In this document: positions 1 through 9,045 of the stretch, one piece after another
How positions within the stretch are numbered: position 1 is the stretch's first letter
Layout of the letters: every line of letters starts with the position of its first letter
Origin: a candidate division FCPU426 bacterium
Lineage (GTDB): Bacteria; Oederibacteriota; Muellerivitia; Muellerivitales; Muellerivitaceae
Reading direction: 5' to 3'
Length of the DNA: 64,000 nt
Assembly (NCBI GenBank): GCA_963738405.1
Contig: CAVTWJ010000019.1
Span: forward strand, 42,699 to 106,698
Notes under the pieces: model-generated
Told to the model about the DNA's origin: nothing
Seen by the model: the letters and a program-made list of their open reading frames with translations, nothing else
Databases searched by the model: none
Made by a program: the position numbers and the translations under genes

Positions 1-1486
1 CCATACCGGCGGAATCCCCGGTCGATGGGGGCAAAGACTGTATTCCATAGGTGAAAGGAGTATTCTGAGTCTCCCCGCCATAAATGCAGGAAACGGAAAG
101 ATTCCCCGAATTGATATTGAGGTTGGGGAAATACACCGTCATGGTCGTGGCGTTATTTTGGGTGACAGAACCGCCGCCGCCGCCGCAAGGGGGATAAGCC
201 GTAACAGGGTATCCTCCCCCGCAGGGGTAATCCAATGTCGCCGGCGCCTCCAGACCGTCGTAATAAACGTAAGACCTCAAGGTCACACCCGCCCCGGAAC
301 GGTAGTGAATAAGGGTGGGGTGGGTGACCACCCTTTGGTTGATGTGGTTGGCCGGGTCCTTGGCGGCGTCCGAATAGTTGCGGATCGGCGGAATGGGAAC
401 CACCTCGCCGTGCATGGAAACCACAATGGCGTTGTTGAAGGCGTTGGGGTTGGACGCCATTTGTTCCAAAAGCATCCGAAGGGTGATGGCGGGCGTGGAC
501 ACGTTATTGTTGCTCGCGGTCTGGGAAACGGCGGCGTAGTCGACCAGTTCATCGGGGTAGCGCACGTCGTTGTTCCAAGTATCGGAAAGGGTATGCCCAT
601 AGGGGTTGCTGTACCCCAGGTTGGTTCTCACGGCCCCGGCTTGGGCCAGCTCCCCGGGATCGAAAACCGAGGCGGGGCTGGCCGCCGCGCTGTAGTCGTT
701 GTATTGCACCGCCCCGGGATAAAAATAAATGTAGGGCATGGCGGTGGAATCGGCCCAGGAAGGCGCGGCGTTGCAATAGGGCGTGTAATAGGGGTCCCGT
801 CCGAAGCCCGATTGGGTGATGTAATGGGTGCGAAATTGAAGCCCGGGGTTTCGGCCCTGGAGCTGGGCCGCGACGGTGCTCCAGGTTCCCTGCATCTGGG
901 GAACCAGGGTGAACCAGCCGATCATGTCGGAAATGGCGATCACGTAAACGTCGAAGACCTGGGTGGGCGAGCTAGGGGAGGAGATGGTTCTTAATATTCC
1001 GCCGATGGTCGCTAAAAGAGTATCGGGCTGGCCCGGGTTGGTGGAGCTGTTTCGGTAGACGCGGATAATGACCTGGCGGGCGTAGGGGTCGTTGGCGACG
1101 CGGTCCACTTCCACATTTCTCACATAATGCCAGTAACCGTTGGTGAGGCGGTTCGCGCTTAAGGCGTTCGCCGGGTCGGCGGACACGGAAACTCCCTGGT
1201 CGGTGCTTAAAAGGGTGTTGTAAAAAGTGGCCGGGTCGGCGTAATTATCCAAAACCTGCACGCTGTTTTCGTTGCCGTTCACGAGGGTGCGCATTTCCTC
1301 GAACATCTGGATGGCTTTTTCCGTGGCATAGGCCTTGTCGCTGGCGATCACGGTTTGTTTGGCCATGAAGCTGCGCGCCATCATGACCGTGGAAGCCAAA
1401 ATCCCCATGATCCCCACGGCGATGATCAGTTCGATAAAGCTGTAGCCCCGCTGGCCGCCGGGAAGGAAATGGAATTTCATGGTCAT
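1..1486 (-). CDS. Large prepilin-type N-terminal cleavage/methylation domain protein (minor pilin/PilV-like adhesin); 3' end runs off the window
   Basis: Absent from the ORF track because there is no stop in the window. Manual translation from ATG 1486 or 1480 is open to position 1: MTMKFHFLPGGQRG|YSFIELIIAVGIMGILASTVMM..., a class III signal peptide with G-1, E+5 and a hydrophobic helix. Confidence 0.85.
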   Translation of the reverse strand, partial: MTMKFHFLPGGQRGYSFIELIIAVGIMGILASTVMMARSFMAKQTVIASDKAYATEKAIQMFEEMRTLVNGNENSVQVLDNYADPATFYNTLLSTDQGVSVSADPANALSANRLTNGYWHYVRNVEVDRVANDPYARQVIIRVYRNSSTNPGQPDTLLATIGGILRTISSPSSPTQVFDVYVIAISDMIGWFTLVPQMQGTWSTVAAQLQGRNPGLQFRTHYITQSGFGRDPYYTPYCNAAPSWADSTAMPYIYFYPGAVQYNDYSAAASPASVFDPGELAQAGAVRTNLGYSNPYGHTLSDTWNNDVRYPDELVDYAAVSQTASNNNVSTPAITLRMLLEQMASNPNAFNNAIVVSMHGEVVPIPPIRNYSDAAKDPANHINQRVVTHPTLIHYRSGAGVTLRSYVYYDGLEAPATLDYPCGGGYPVTAYPPCGGGGGSVTQNNATTMTVYFPNLNINSGNLSVSCIYGGETQNTPFTYGIQSLPPSTGDSAGM

Positions 1487-1491
1487 CAGCC

Positions 1492-3396
1492 TTACAAGTT
1501 GGGAACGGCCAGGAGGCTCTTTCGCTCGCTGGTGTCTTCCCGGTATTGGGCCACCTGCTGGAGGGCATACTGCACCAGGCTCGGCACGTAATTGATCCTT
1601 CCAAAATTGCCCGCCGCGCCGTTAAGCGTCAGGACGCCCGGCGACCCGTTGGCATAGGGGCTTCCCATGATGACGGAGCCGTCCAGTTCACAACCGGCGT
1701 TGATGGTTAGGTTTCCAGTGACGAATACAATGCCGCCGTATTGGCTGGACGCGATTTGGCCCGATCCGCTCCCCGTTCCCGTGTCCAGGGTCAAATCGCC
1801 GTTCACCACCAATATGCCGAAACCCTGAAGGGACTGGTAGGGGGCCGCGTTGGCCGGGTCGTAGGTCAGGTTGCCGTTGTAATAAGAAAGTTTCCACCAG
1901 CTGGAAATATTCATGGTGGCCCCCGCCGAGGGGTCTCCCACGTAATCGGCGATGCTTTCAACCTCATTGAGGGCCATGCCGAAAATATAAGTGGCGTTCA
2001 AGAGGGAAACGGGCAGCCCCATGCAAATTTCACCCCCCTGGAGATTGACGCCGGAAATCGCCCCAACCGGGGTGGAACAAACCTCAGGAGTGGCTGTGGG
2101 GGTTCCCGGAGGGGGGGTGGCCGTGGGGGGAACGCAGTCCGAAAAAGGCTCGTTGGCCGTCAGGGTTCCGTTGTGCAAACCGCAGTCCAAGCTTGTGACC
2201 GTGCCGTCAGGTCCGGCCGAGTGGTTGATGATCAGAATGATGTTCGACGTTGTAAATAAGCCGGAAGTGTCGGGAACGGTAATGTTTGCGACGATGGTTT
2301 GGGAGGCCCCATTGACGGCTGTTCCCATAGTGCCATTGGGCGGATTATTGCCGCATGAGAAGGAAAAAGGCACATACCAGATTTCACCCGAAAGGGCGGT
2401 TTGGTTGGAAAACCCGATAGCGTAACTGATCGGTCCTGATTGCGCTTCCTCCACCACAATGGTGATGGGGATGGTGTCTCCGATGCATCCAGTACCGGCC
2501 GCGTTGCCGTTGAAGCTGATAAGGCTAAAGGGCTGGGGTGTCGCGGTGACAGTGGGGGTTTGGGTGGGGGTAGGGGTAAAGGTGTTGGTATTTGCCGGAA
2601 GGGGAGTATAGGTTTTGGTGGGAGTATAGGTTTTGGTGAAGGTATTGGTGATGGTGGGAGTATAGGTAGGGGAAGGAGTGGCCGTTTTGGTATAGGTTCG
2701 GGTAAAGGTCGGTGTGTATGAGTTAATGGCGTTTTGGGTGGCGGTGGATTTGGCGTTGGCGGTAGCGGTGGCCTGAGCTTGGTAGGTGGCCGTGGGAATG
2801 GCCGTGGCCGTACTGGCATAGGTTTGAGTGGCATTAGGGGTATAAGTAAATGTGGGGGTTATGGTAAATGTGGGGGTGGGAGAGCAATTTAATGACGAAC
2901 TTAACGCGGTTGCGGTTCTAAGGCCGCTACTGGGGTTGGTGCTGCCCGCTTCGACAGCCACATATTCATAAGGCCCGCCAGCCGGAACGGTCACATTTTG
3001 GTTTACCGAGGTGATGGCGCCGGGGGCGGTAATTAAACCGCAATTAGTGGTGGGGTTTCCACAAACCCAAGTGATCTGCGCGGCGGTAAAAGGGCTGGTG
3101 TTCGTGAAACCAATGGCGTAATTATAGTTGGAGCCCGAACTGGCAACCGTGATCGTCACCGAAATGTTTGATCCCGGTTGCACGCACCCGGTAGCGGGGT
3201 TCGTCGTAACACTATTGATGCCATAAGCATGGGCTCGGGAAGCCGTTAAAGCCAAAAGAAGCAGGATTGCGGCCGTTCCCTTGAGGAAGGTCCGGGAGGC
3301 CTGAGAAATAAGACGGCAACCCCAAAGGAAAGCGGGATTTTTAAAAACCGCCGGGATCGATTCTTTTTTGGGCTGCCGCTTGCGGTTCATGATCAA
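1492..3396 (-). CDS. Exported protein with Ig-like domains, Thr/Pro-rich linkers and a C-terminal PilX-type beta-helix-like region
   Basis: Signal-peptide-like AAILLLLALTASRAHA; TPT repeats; C-terminal GILVVNGDLTL...GGIVFVTGNLTI...GSVI motifs; GAGG RBS before TTG 3396/ATG 3390. Confidence 0.7.
   Translation of the reverse strand: MIMNRKRQPKKESIPAVFKNPAFLWGCRLISQASRTFLKGTAAILLLLALTASRAHAYGINSVTTNPATGCVQPGSNISVTITVASSGSNYNYAIGFTNTSPFTAAQITWVCGNPTTNCGLITAPGAITSVNQNVTVPAGGPYEYVAVEAGSTNPSSGLRTATALSSSLNCSPTPTFTITPTFTYTPNATQTYASTATAIPTATYQAQATATANAKSTATQNAINSYTPTFTRTYTKTATPSPTYTPTITNTFTKTYTPTKTYTPLPANTNTFTPTPTQTPTVTATPQPFSLISFNGNAAGTGCIGDTIPITIVVEEAQSGPISYAIGFSNQTALSGEIWYVPFSFSCGNNPPNGTMGTAVNGASQTIVANITVPDTSGLFTTSNIILIINHSAGPDGTVTSLDCGLHNGTLTANEPFSDCVPPTATPPPGTPTATPEVCSTPVGAISGVNLQGGEICMGLPVSLLNATYIFGMALNEVESIADYVGDPSAGATMNISSWWKLSYYNGNLTYDPANAAPYQSLQGFGILVVNGDLTLDTGTGSGSGQIASSQYGGIVFVTGNLTINAGCELDGSVIMGSPYANGSPGVLTLNGAAGNFGRINYVPSLVQYALQQVAQYREDTSERKSLLAVPNL
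2540..2885 (-). repeat. Coding low-complexity Thr-Pro linker with an exact 18-bp tandem duplication (gggagtataggttttggt x2, about 2602-2637)
   Basis: Direct inspection; encodes TKTYTPTKTYTP and related TPT units. Confidence 0.8.
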
Positions 3397-3405
3397 GGTT
3401 CCTCG

Positions 3406-4380
3406 TTACTGGGCTTTCATCGCCACGACGCCGTAGGTTCCGACTTGGGAGACGGCTCCATATAACAAACTATTGCTGGTTGAAAAATGAACTTGGGAAG
3501 TGGCCGCGCAATAAACCCCGCCTGTGTCATAGGCCCCGTCATATCCGATCGTTGTTGGCAGGTTAAAGGTCAGCTTGCGGTATTCGGAAGACAGGCGCGC
3601 GGTGGCGACCACCTTGTTGGGAGCGGTTTTGTAGGAGACATTCCAATAGGGGAAGGTTCCAGTCTTGTCCATGCGTTTGTAAACATAACCCGTGCTGACG
3701 ATGGACCAAACCAAGCCGTCTCCATTGACGAACCCGGCCGAAGTGCGGCTCCCGGTGACATCATGAACCGCGTTATTATCGTAAGTGGCCTGCGGGGTGA
3801 CGGTGGCATAAAGCGACGGCACCCTGCGGACTTCGTAATGGCCGAAATAAGTGGCCAGCGCTGGATCATCATTGTCGATGGGATAATCGTTCACGATGCC
3901 TGTTGTTGAATCAAGGGTATCGGAAGCCTGCGCGTTAACGGTGTTGTTTTGGGGATCGAAAGCTTGGTCGACGTAGCTATAGGCGACACCCGCGAAATTG
4001 GTTGTCCAAGAAACCGGCTGGCCCTCCAAGTAACCTTTCGCATAGGCCCGAACAAACCCCGCCGATTGGTTCCGGCGGACGAAAAACCCGAGGGCATCGG
4101 TAAGCCCTGCGCGGGCGACATTTTCCGCTTCCCCTACATAGAGTTCCCGTTGTTTTGCGTCCATGGAAGCCGAAGAAACCAGCTTCATTCCTACGGTGAT
4201 TAATGTGGTGGCAATAACCATGAAAATCGCCGCCATAACCAGCGCCGAACCCTTTTGGTCGTTCAATTTCAATTGGGGGAAAGAGCGGGACAAGACATGC
4301 CGAAGACTTGAAAACCTAAGAGTTTTCCAAAATTCTTTTAGCCGAGAAGATGTTAGGTTTTTTGATTCCCGAAATAACAT
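3406..4380 (-). CDS. PilX N-terminal domain pilus assembly protein
   Basis: QKG|SALVMAAIFMVIATTLITVGM prepilin-like segment lacking E+5 (PilX/GspK type), followed by AENVARAGLTDA. ATG 4380 with a GGGAG RBS is preferred over the 4530 start. Confidence 0.75.
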   Translation of the reverse strand: MLFRESKNLTSSRLKEFWKTLRFSSLRHVLSRSFPQLKLNDQKGSALVMAAIFMVIATTLITVGMKLVSSASMDAKQRELYVGEAENVARAGLTDALGFFVRRNQSAGFVRAYAKGYLEGQPVSWTTNFAGVAYSYVDQAFDPQNNTVNAQASDTLDSTTGIVNDYPIDNDDPALATYFGHYEVRRVPSLYATVTPQATYDNNAVHDVTGSRTSAGFVNGDGLVWSIVSTGYVYKRMDKTGTFPYWNVSYKTAPNKVVATARLSSEYRKLTFNLPTTIGYDGAYDTGGVYCAATSQVHFSTSNSLLYGAVSQVGTYGVVAMKAQ

Positions 4381-4695
4381 AAAAAGCCGCTCCCACTTGA
4401 TGATGTCAAATTTCTTTAATTTTACAGTATTTTTTGCGGAAAAAGGGAGGAGCGGCAACTCCAGAGAAGCCCTTGATATCTTTACATTCTTGGGCAAAAT
4501 CATTATCCCTCTATTGAAATTGAGTGTCAATTAACGTTCAACTAATTCTTTGTTAAACGCTTTTCACCCAACCCCACCCCTGGGGCTGAATCCTACCCGA
4601 GGGGGTATGACTAGATAAAAAGCCCTCTTGTTCGTTTTTTTAGGTCCTCGCCTTCTAGCTCTGCGAGTTGGGTTCTTCGGGGCTCCAAATATTCC

Positions 4696-4711
4696 TGCAT
4701 TTTGCGTACCA
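4696..4711 (-). promoter_or_regulatory. Possible sigma-54 (-24/-12) promoter for the pilin operon
   Basis: Minus strand TGGTACGCAAAATGCA has GG-N10-GC spacing and is close to the TGGCACG-N4-TTGCW consensus. Confidence 0.35.
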
Positions 4712-4759
4712 ACGGACGGAATTAAAGTTCCTGTTTCCAATGGTATATTCAATCAAACG

Positions 4760-5596
4760 TTAGAGTGAAAAATCGCCCAATAAAAAAGTATGGTCCGAGG
4801 GTTTTTCCAAGCCTCGGGGTTTGGTATCGATCCAAATTTTTTCCAGTTTTTCCGCGACCGGCTGGGTGCCCATGAGAAAGTCGATTCTCCACCCCAAGTT
4901 TCTTTCAAAGCCCCCAGGCTGGCGCATATCCCAAAAGGTATAGTGCCCGCCTTCCTTGACCTTCTCGCGAAAAAGATCCTTCCATTGGGAACCCATGGTT
5001 TCTTCCAGGGCCTTTCGCGCGTCGATATGGAAACAGGGATGTTCTTTGTTGCCCTTCGGGTTGTTAAGGTCGATCTCGGTCGGAGCCACATTGAGATCGC
5101 CCATCCAGATGGCGGGGGTTTGCGGACCAATTTGACGGTCGAAATAGGCGCGCAGGTCCTTAAAAAATTTAAGCTTGTACTGGTATTTTTCCGAATCGAT
5201 GGCGTAGCCCTGGGGGATATAGGTGTTGATCAGTCGCACGCCTTCGTAGGTACCCGCGAGAAACCGCGCTTGTTCCTCCGCGTCCTTGGGGTAGAGCCTT
5301 TTTTCGATGTTCGTCAGGGGCTTCTTGGAGATAAAGGCCACGCCGTTGTAGCTTTTCTGTCCGTGGAAGACCACCTGCCACCCCGCCGCTTCGATCGGCT
5401 CGCGGGGAAATTCGATGTCCTGCACCTTGGTTTCTTGAATGGCCAAAACATCCGGCTGGTTTTTCTTGAGCCAATCCAAAAGGATGCCCATTCGCACTCG
5501 GATGGAGTTGGCGTTGAAAGTGGCGATACGAAGAGTCTTTTCTTTGTTAGTAGAGTTTTTAGCTGGGGACGTTTTTTTCTTTTTCGTTACTGGCAT
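4760..5596 (-). CDS. xth: Exodeoxyribonuclease III (AP endonuclease)
   Basis: IATFNANSI, LAIQETK, YNGVA, GDLNVAP, WRIDF and SDH motifs. Confidence 0.95.
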   Translation of the reverse strand: MPVTKKKKTSPAKNSTNKEKTLRIATFNANSIRVRMGILLDWLKKNQPDVLAIQETKVQDIEFPREPIEAAGWQVVFHGQKSYNGVAFISKKPLTNIEKRLYPKDAEEQARFLAGTYEGVRLINTYIPQGYAIDSEKYQYKLKFFKDLRAYFDRQIGPQTPAIWMGDLNVAPTEIDLNNPKGNKEHPCFHIDARKALEETMGSQWKDLFREKVKEGGHYTFWDMRQPGGFERNLGWRIDFLMGTQPVAEKLEKIWIDTKPRGLEKPSDHTFLLGDFSL

Positions 5597-5658
5597 TGGT
5601 ATCTCCTTTAAGAAAATAGAGGCGCATTTGATTTTCTGAACACCCGGTTATTGATCGA

Positions 5659-5961
5659 CTAAAAGATATAGTCCACTGACGCCCTTTCAGAGGTAACTTC
5701 TTTCACGTAAGCGACGACTTTTTGATGCTCAGGATGCTTTTGATAATGGTCCAACCCTTGGACATCCTTAAATACTGAATCCAGACAGACCTCATAAGAC
5801 GGTGCGGGATTTCGAAAATCGAACCCCACTTTCAAATCCACAATATCCGGGATCATCGCCTTCAAGGCTTCCAGCCTCTGTTTTAATTCTTGAGCCCTTT
5901 CCGATTTGGAAGAACCGCCGTTTATTTCTTTCAACTTCCATAAAACGATATGCTTGAGCAT
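5659..5961 (-). CDS. Dabb family stress-responsive A/B barrel protein
   Basis: MLKHIVLWKLK...YQKHPEHQKV...SVDY. Confidence 0.9.
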   Translation of the reverse strand: MLKHIVLWKLKEINGGSSKSERAQELKQRLEALKAMIPDIVDLKVGFDFRNPAPSYEVCLDSVFKDVQGLDHYQKHPEHQKVVAYVKEVTSERASVDYIF

Positions 5962-6168
5962 ATAAACCGCCTAGTGACGAAGTGGAAGCATGTTAACTGC
6001 AAACTTTGCCGAATCTCCAGATGGCCCCTATTGAAAGGGGTCTGTTTTGCCTGTTCCAAGGGGATTTTTTAGCCTTTAAAGTCGCCTGGAAAAAGGCTAA
6101 TTTATGAGGCCACACAAGGAACCATTTCCAAAGACGTTTTGTAGCAACCTAAAAAAAAGGACGAATTC

Positions 6169-6975
6169 ATGGGATTGTTAAAGGGGAAGAAAGCGATCAT
6201 TTTTGGGGTGGCCAATGACCGGTCCATCGCCTGGGGCATTGCCCAGGCTTTTCACGAGCAAGGCGCCGAATTGGGTTTTAATTTCCTTGGGGAAGCACTA
6301 GAAAAGCGCGTACGACCCCTGGCCGAGTCGGTCAACGCCAAGCTGATTCTTCCCTGCGACGTCTCCAAAGACGATCAAATCGCCGCCTTCTATAAAGAAG
6401 TGGAGAAGGCCTGGGGAAAGTTTGACATCCTCGTGCATTGCATCGCCTTCGCCAATAAAGATGAGCTGGCGGGCGGCATTTCAAACACCTCCCGAGCCGG
6501 CTTCCAGCTGGCTTTGGATATCTCGGCCTACAGCCTGATCGCCATTACCCGCCCCGCCCTTCCCCTTCTGAATGACGGCGGAAGCATCATCACCCTGACC
6601 TATTACGGGTCGGAGAAGGTGATTCCCAATTACAACGTCATGGGAGTGGCCAAGGCCGCCCTGGAATGCTCCGTGCGCTATCTGGCCGCCGATTTGGGAT
6701 CACGGAACATCCGGGTGAACGCCATTTCCGCCGGGCCCATCAAGACCCTGGCCGCCTCCGGCGTGGGGGGATTCAAGACGATGCTCAAGACCTCCGAGGG
6801 TATGAACCCGTTGAAGCGCAATGTCTCGCAGGAAGAGGTGGGAAAAACCGCCGCTTATCTGGCCAGCGACTGGGCGTCGGGCGTTACGGGCGAGGTGATT
6901 TACGTGGACGCGGGAGCCAATATTATCGGCATGCATTTTGACGAGAAAAAAGAGGAAGGCCCCGCCGCCAAGTAA
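6169..6975 (+). CDS. fabI: Enoyl-ACP reductase (NADH)
   Basis: GVANDRSIAWGIA, YNVMGVAKAALE, NAISAGPIKTLAA. Confidence 0.97.
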   Translation: MGLLKGKKAIIFGVANDRSIAWGIAQAFHEQGAELGFNFLGEALEKRVRPLAESVNAKLILPCDVSKDDQIAAFYKEVEKAWGKFDILVHCIAFANKDELAGGISNTSRAGFQLALDISAYSLIAITRPALPLLNDGGSIITLTYYGSEKVIPNYNVMGVAKAALECSVRYLAADLGSRNIRVNAISAGPIKTLAASGVGGFKTMLKTSEGMNPLKRNVSQEEVGKTAAYLASDWASGVTGEVIYVDAGANIIGMHFDEKKEEGPAAK

Positions 6976-6992
6976 TCCGTAAAGTCTCAACC

Positions 6993-7027
6993 AAAAGGGA
7001 ACGCCTTATCGGGCTTCCCTTTTTTTA
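6993..7027. terminator. Intrinsic, probably bidirectional terminator
   Basis: AAAAGGGAAcGCC-loop-GGCTTCCCTTTTTTT between convergent genes. Confidence 0.75.
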
Positions 7028-7028
7028 T

Positions 7029-7406
7029 TTAGGCCGCCCCCAAACGGGGTTCGTTCATGAGGCAAAAACTTTTCTCCTCAACCCTCTGGGATGGCAAATT
7101 CTGGATCTTCACCGATAAAGAAACGGTGTCCCGGGAGGGACTTTTCTCCGCCGCAAAAAACATTTGAGCCCGGCAGCGCCTGGCCCATTCGGTATGGGCG
7201 GTGCGGATCCAGAATTCCAAAACCACTTCCTCCCCGTTTTCGGCCTGAAAACGGAACCGGTGAAATGACATGAAATCCAGCGACCGGTTCAAGCCGAGCG
7301 CGAAACCCTGAAGTTCCGCCGCGTGCAGGGGCCAACGGCCTTTCTCCAATCTAAAAATTCCCGTCAGGCTCAGGATGTCGTTTAAAGAGGCTTGAGGATT
7401 GTTCAT
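7029..7406 (-). CDS. Hypothetical protein, downstream of radC on the same strand
   Basis: ATG 7406 with an AAGGAG RBS; no recognisable family. Confidence 0.6.
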   Translation of the reverse strand: MNNPQASLNDILSLTGIFRLEKGRWPLHAAELQGFALGLNRSLDFMSFHRFRFQAENGEEVVLEFWIRTAHTEWARRCRAQMFFAAEKSPSRDTVSLSVKIQNLPSQRVEEKSFCLMNEPRLGAA

Positions 7407-7447
7407 GTCTTCTCCTTTAAAAAATAATGGGGATTCAAAAAAAGGGC

Positions 7448-8266
7448 TCAAGCCAACAGCCCCGCCTGCCGGAACGAAAAATGCCCCTCCGCCGTCACGA
7501 TCAAATGGTCATGCACCGTAATCCCCATGGCCCTGGAGGCGGTGACGATTTGGCGGGTCAGCTGGCGGTCCCCCTCCGACGCTTCCAAACTTCCGCCCGG
7601 ATGGTTGTGCGCCAAAAGAATCCCCGAGGCGTTGAGGTCCAGGGCTTTTTTGAGGATTTCGCGCGGATAGACCGCTGTGTGGTCCACCGTGCCTTCCTGC
7701 AGGGCCTCGTAGGTTAATAGGTGGTTTCGATGATCCACGTAAAGCACCGCGAAAACTTCCCGGGGTTTGGCGCCAATTTGCTCCCTTAAAAATTCGGCCG
7801 CGTCCCCCGGCCCAGCCAAGGGCCTTCCCCTTTTAAATTTTTCCCGTGACGCTAGGCGGAACAGATCGCCCATGGCCTTGAAATGCAGGGCGCTTTGGGC
7901 GGGCAGGCCCCCAAGCTTCTCGAGACTTTTCAAGTCCGCTTCCAAAACGCTTTGAAGGTTCTTATAAACCGCCAAAAGCCTCTTGGCGTAGGGCTTTGTG
8001 TCGCGATGGGGGATGCTATAAGAAAGAAGCAGTTCCACCAGTTCGTAATCATGCAATCCCCCGGCGCCGGTGAGGGCGAATCTTTCTTTCAGTCTTTTTC
8101 GGTGGCCCAAATAGTCGGGCAGGTCTTCTTCCTCTGTCCGGGAAGGCTCCGGATTTATGGGCCGAACAGGCTGGGGCAAGACCGGTGCAGACGCGGGGGT
8201 TAGTAGGGAAAGCAGGCTTTCCTGGGGGTTTTCAACGGTTGGAGCGGCAGGTGCGACGAAAGCCAT
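7448..8266 (-). CDS. radC: RadC family JAB-domain protein
   Basis: GHRKRLKERF, DYELVELLL, HNHPGG and HDHLIV motifs; ATG 8266 with a GGAGG RBS. Confidence 0.93.
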   Translation of the reverse strand: MAFVAPAAPTVENPQESLLSLLTPASAPVLPQPVRPINPEPSRTEEEDLPDYLGHRKRLKERFALTGAGGLHDYELVELLLSYSIPHRDTKPYAKRLLAVYKNLQSVLEADLKSLEKLGGLPAQSALHFKAMGDLFRLASREKFKRGRPLAGPGDAAEFLREQIGAKPREVFAVLYVDHRNHLLTYEALQEGTVDHTAVYPREILKKALDLNASGILLAHNHPGGSLEASEGDRQLTRQIVTASRAMGITVHDHLIVTAEGHFSFRQAGLLA

Positions 8267-8289
8267 AGGGCCTCCTTTTTTGCTTGACG

Positions 8290-8327
8290 AAGAATACAGT
8301 CGTATACTAGTATACAACCGTATTCTT
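8290..8327. promoter_or_regulatory. Candidate LexA operator pair (two abutting AGWATAC-N4-GTATWCT sites) overlapping the putative lexA promoter
   Basis: AGAATAC-agtc-GTATACT (8291-8308) then AGTATAC-aacc-GTATTCT (8309-8326); TTGACG at 8284-8289 and TAGTAT at 8308-8313 (18-bp spacer). Confidence 0.7.
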
Positions 8328-8362
8328 TAAAAGCAAATTCTTTTCCACCCCTAGGAGAAAAA

Positions 8363-8980
8363 ATGGCACCCAGCGAAGAAGCCCTTACCGAGATCCAACG
8401 GAACGTCTTGAACTATGTTCAGGAACATTTAAACGAAAGCCACCGCCCCCCCACCGTTCGGGACATCATGCGGCACTTCAAATGGAACTCTCCCCAATCG
8501 GCGCGCAAGCATCTCTTGGCGCTGGAAGAAAAGGGATACCTGGAACGCGAGGACCGCACGGCCCGGGGCCTGCGCCTGACGGACGCGCCCGAGGCTGGAA
8601 TATCCATCCCCATCCTGGGCAAGGTAGCCGCGGGATTACCGCTTCTTGCGGAAGAAAACCGTGAAGGCACCATGGTGGTGGACCCGCATTTGGCCCGGGG
8701 CGGGCGCCATTTGTTCGCCCTGACGGTGCGGGGCGATTCCATGCTCAACGCCCATATCTTGCCTGGAGACAAAGTGATTGTTCAGCAGACCGCCCACGCC
8801 TCAACGGGTGATGTGGTGGTGGCCCTGATCGAAGGGGAGGCCACAGTAAAAACCTTTCGTAAAACGGGAAACAAGGTGGTTCTGGAGCCAGCCAATCCCA
8901 AATACAACCCCATTGTGGTGACCGACGACCAGGATTTCCGGGTCATCGGCAAGGTCGTTGGGGTTTTCAGCCCCCGCTAG
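8363..8980 (+). CDS. lexA: SOS repressor LexA
   Basis: N-terminal winged HTH (PPTVRDI...ALEEKGYL), cleavage site VAAG, catalytic GDSM and TVK. Confidence 0.95.
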   Translation: MAPSEEALTEIQRNVLNYVQEHLNESHRPPTVRDIMRHFKWNSPQSARKHLLALEEKGYLEREDRTARGLRLTDAPEAGISIPILGKVAAGLPLLAEENREGTMVVDPHLARGGRHLFALTVRGDSMLNAHILPGDKVIVQQTAHASTGDVVVALIEGEATVKTFRKTGNKVVLEPANPKYNPIVVTDDQDFRVIGKVVGVFSPR

Positions 8981-9045
8981 GGGCCGTTCGGCCCGGGCAT
9001 TCGCCCCTGTGCCTCCCAAAGACCCGGCGGTTTAAATTCAAAGGA

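Noticed and set aside
158..994. 278-aa plus-strand ORF
   Set aside because: Antisense shadow of the prepilin-like gene on the minus strand; no recognisable motifs.
2540..2885. Tandem 18-bp repeats as a possible CRISPR array
   Set aside because: No unique spacers and no cas genes; the repeats are in-frame Thr/Pro linker codons.
4680..4745. Possible c-di-GMP riboswitch (ACGCAAA on the minus strand) upstream of the pilin genes
   Set aside because: The GAAA tetraloop stem and second stem of the GEMM motif could not be found.
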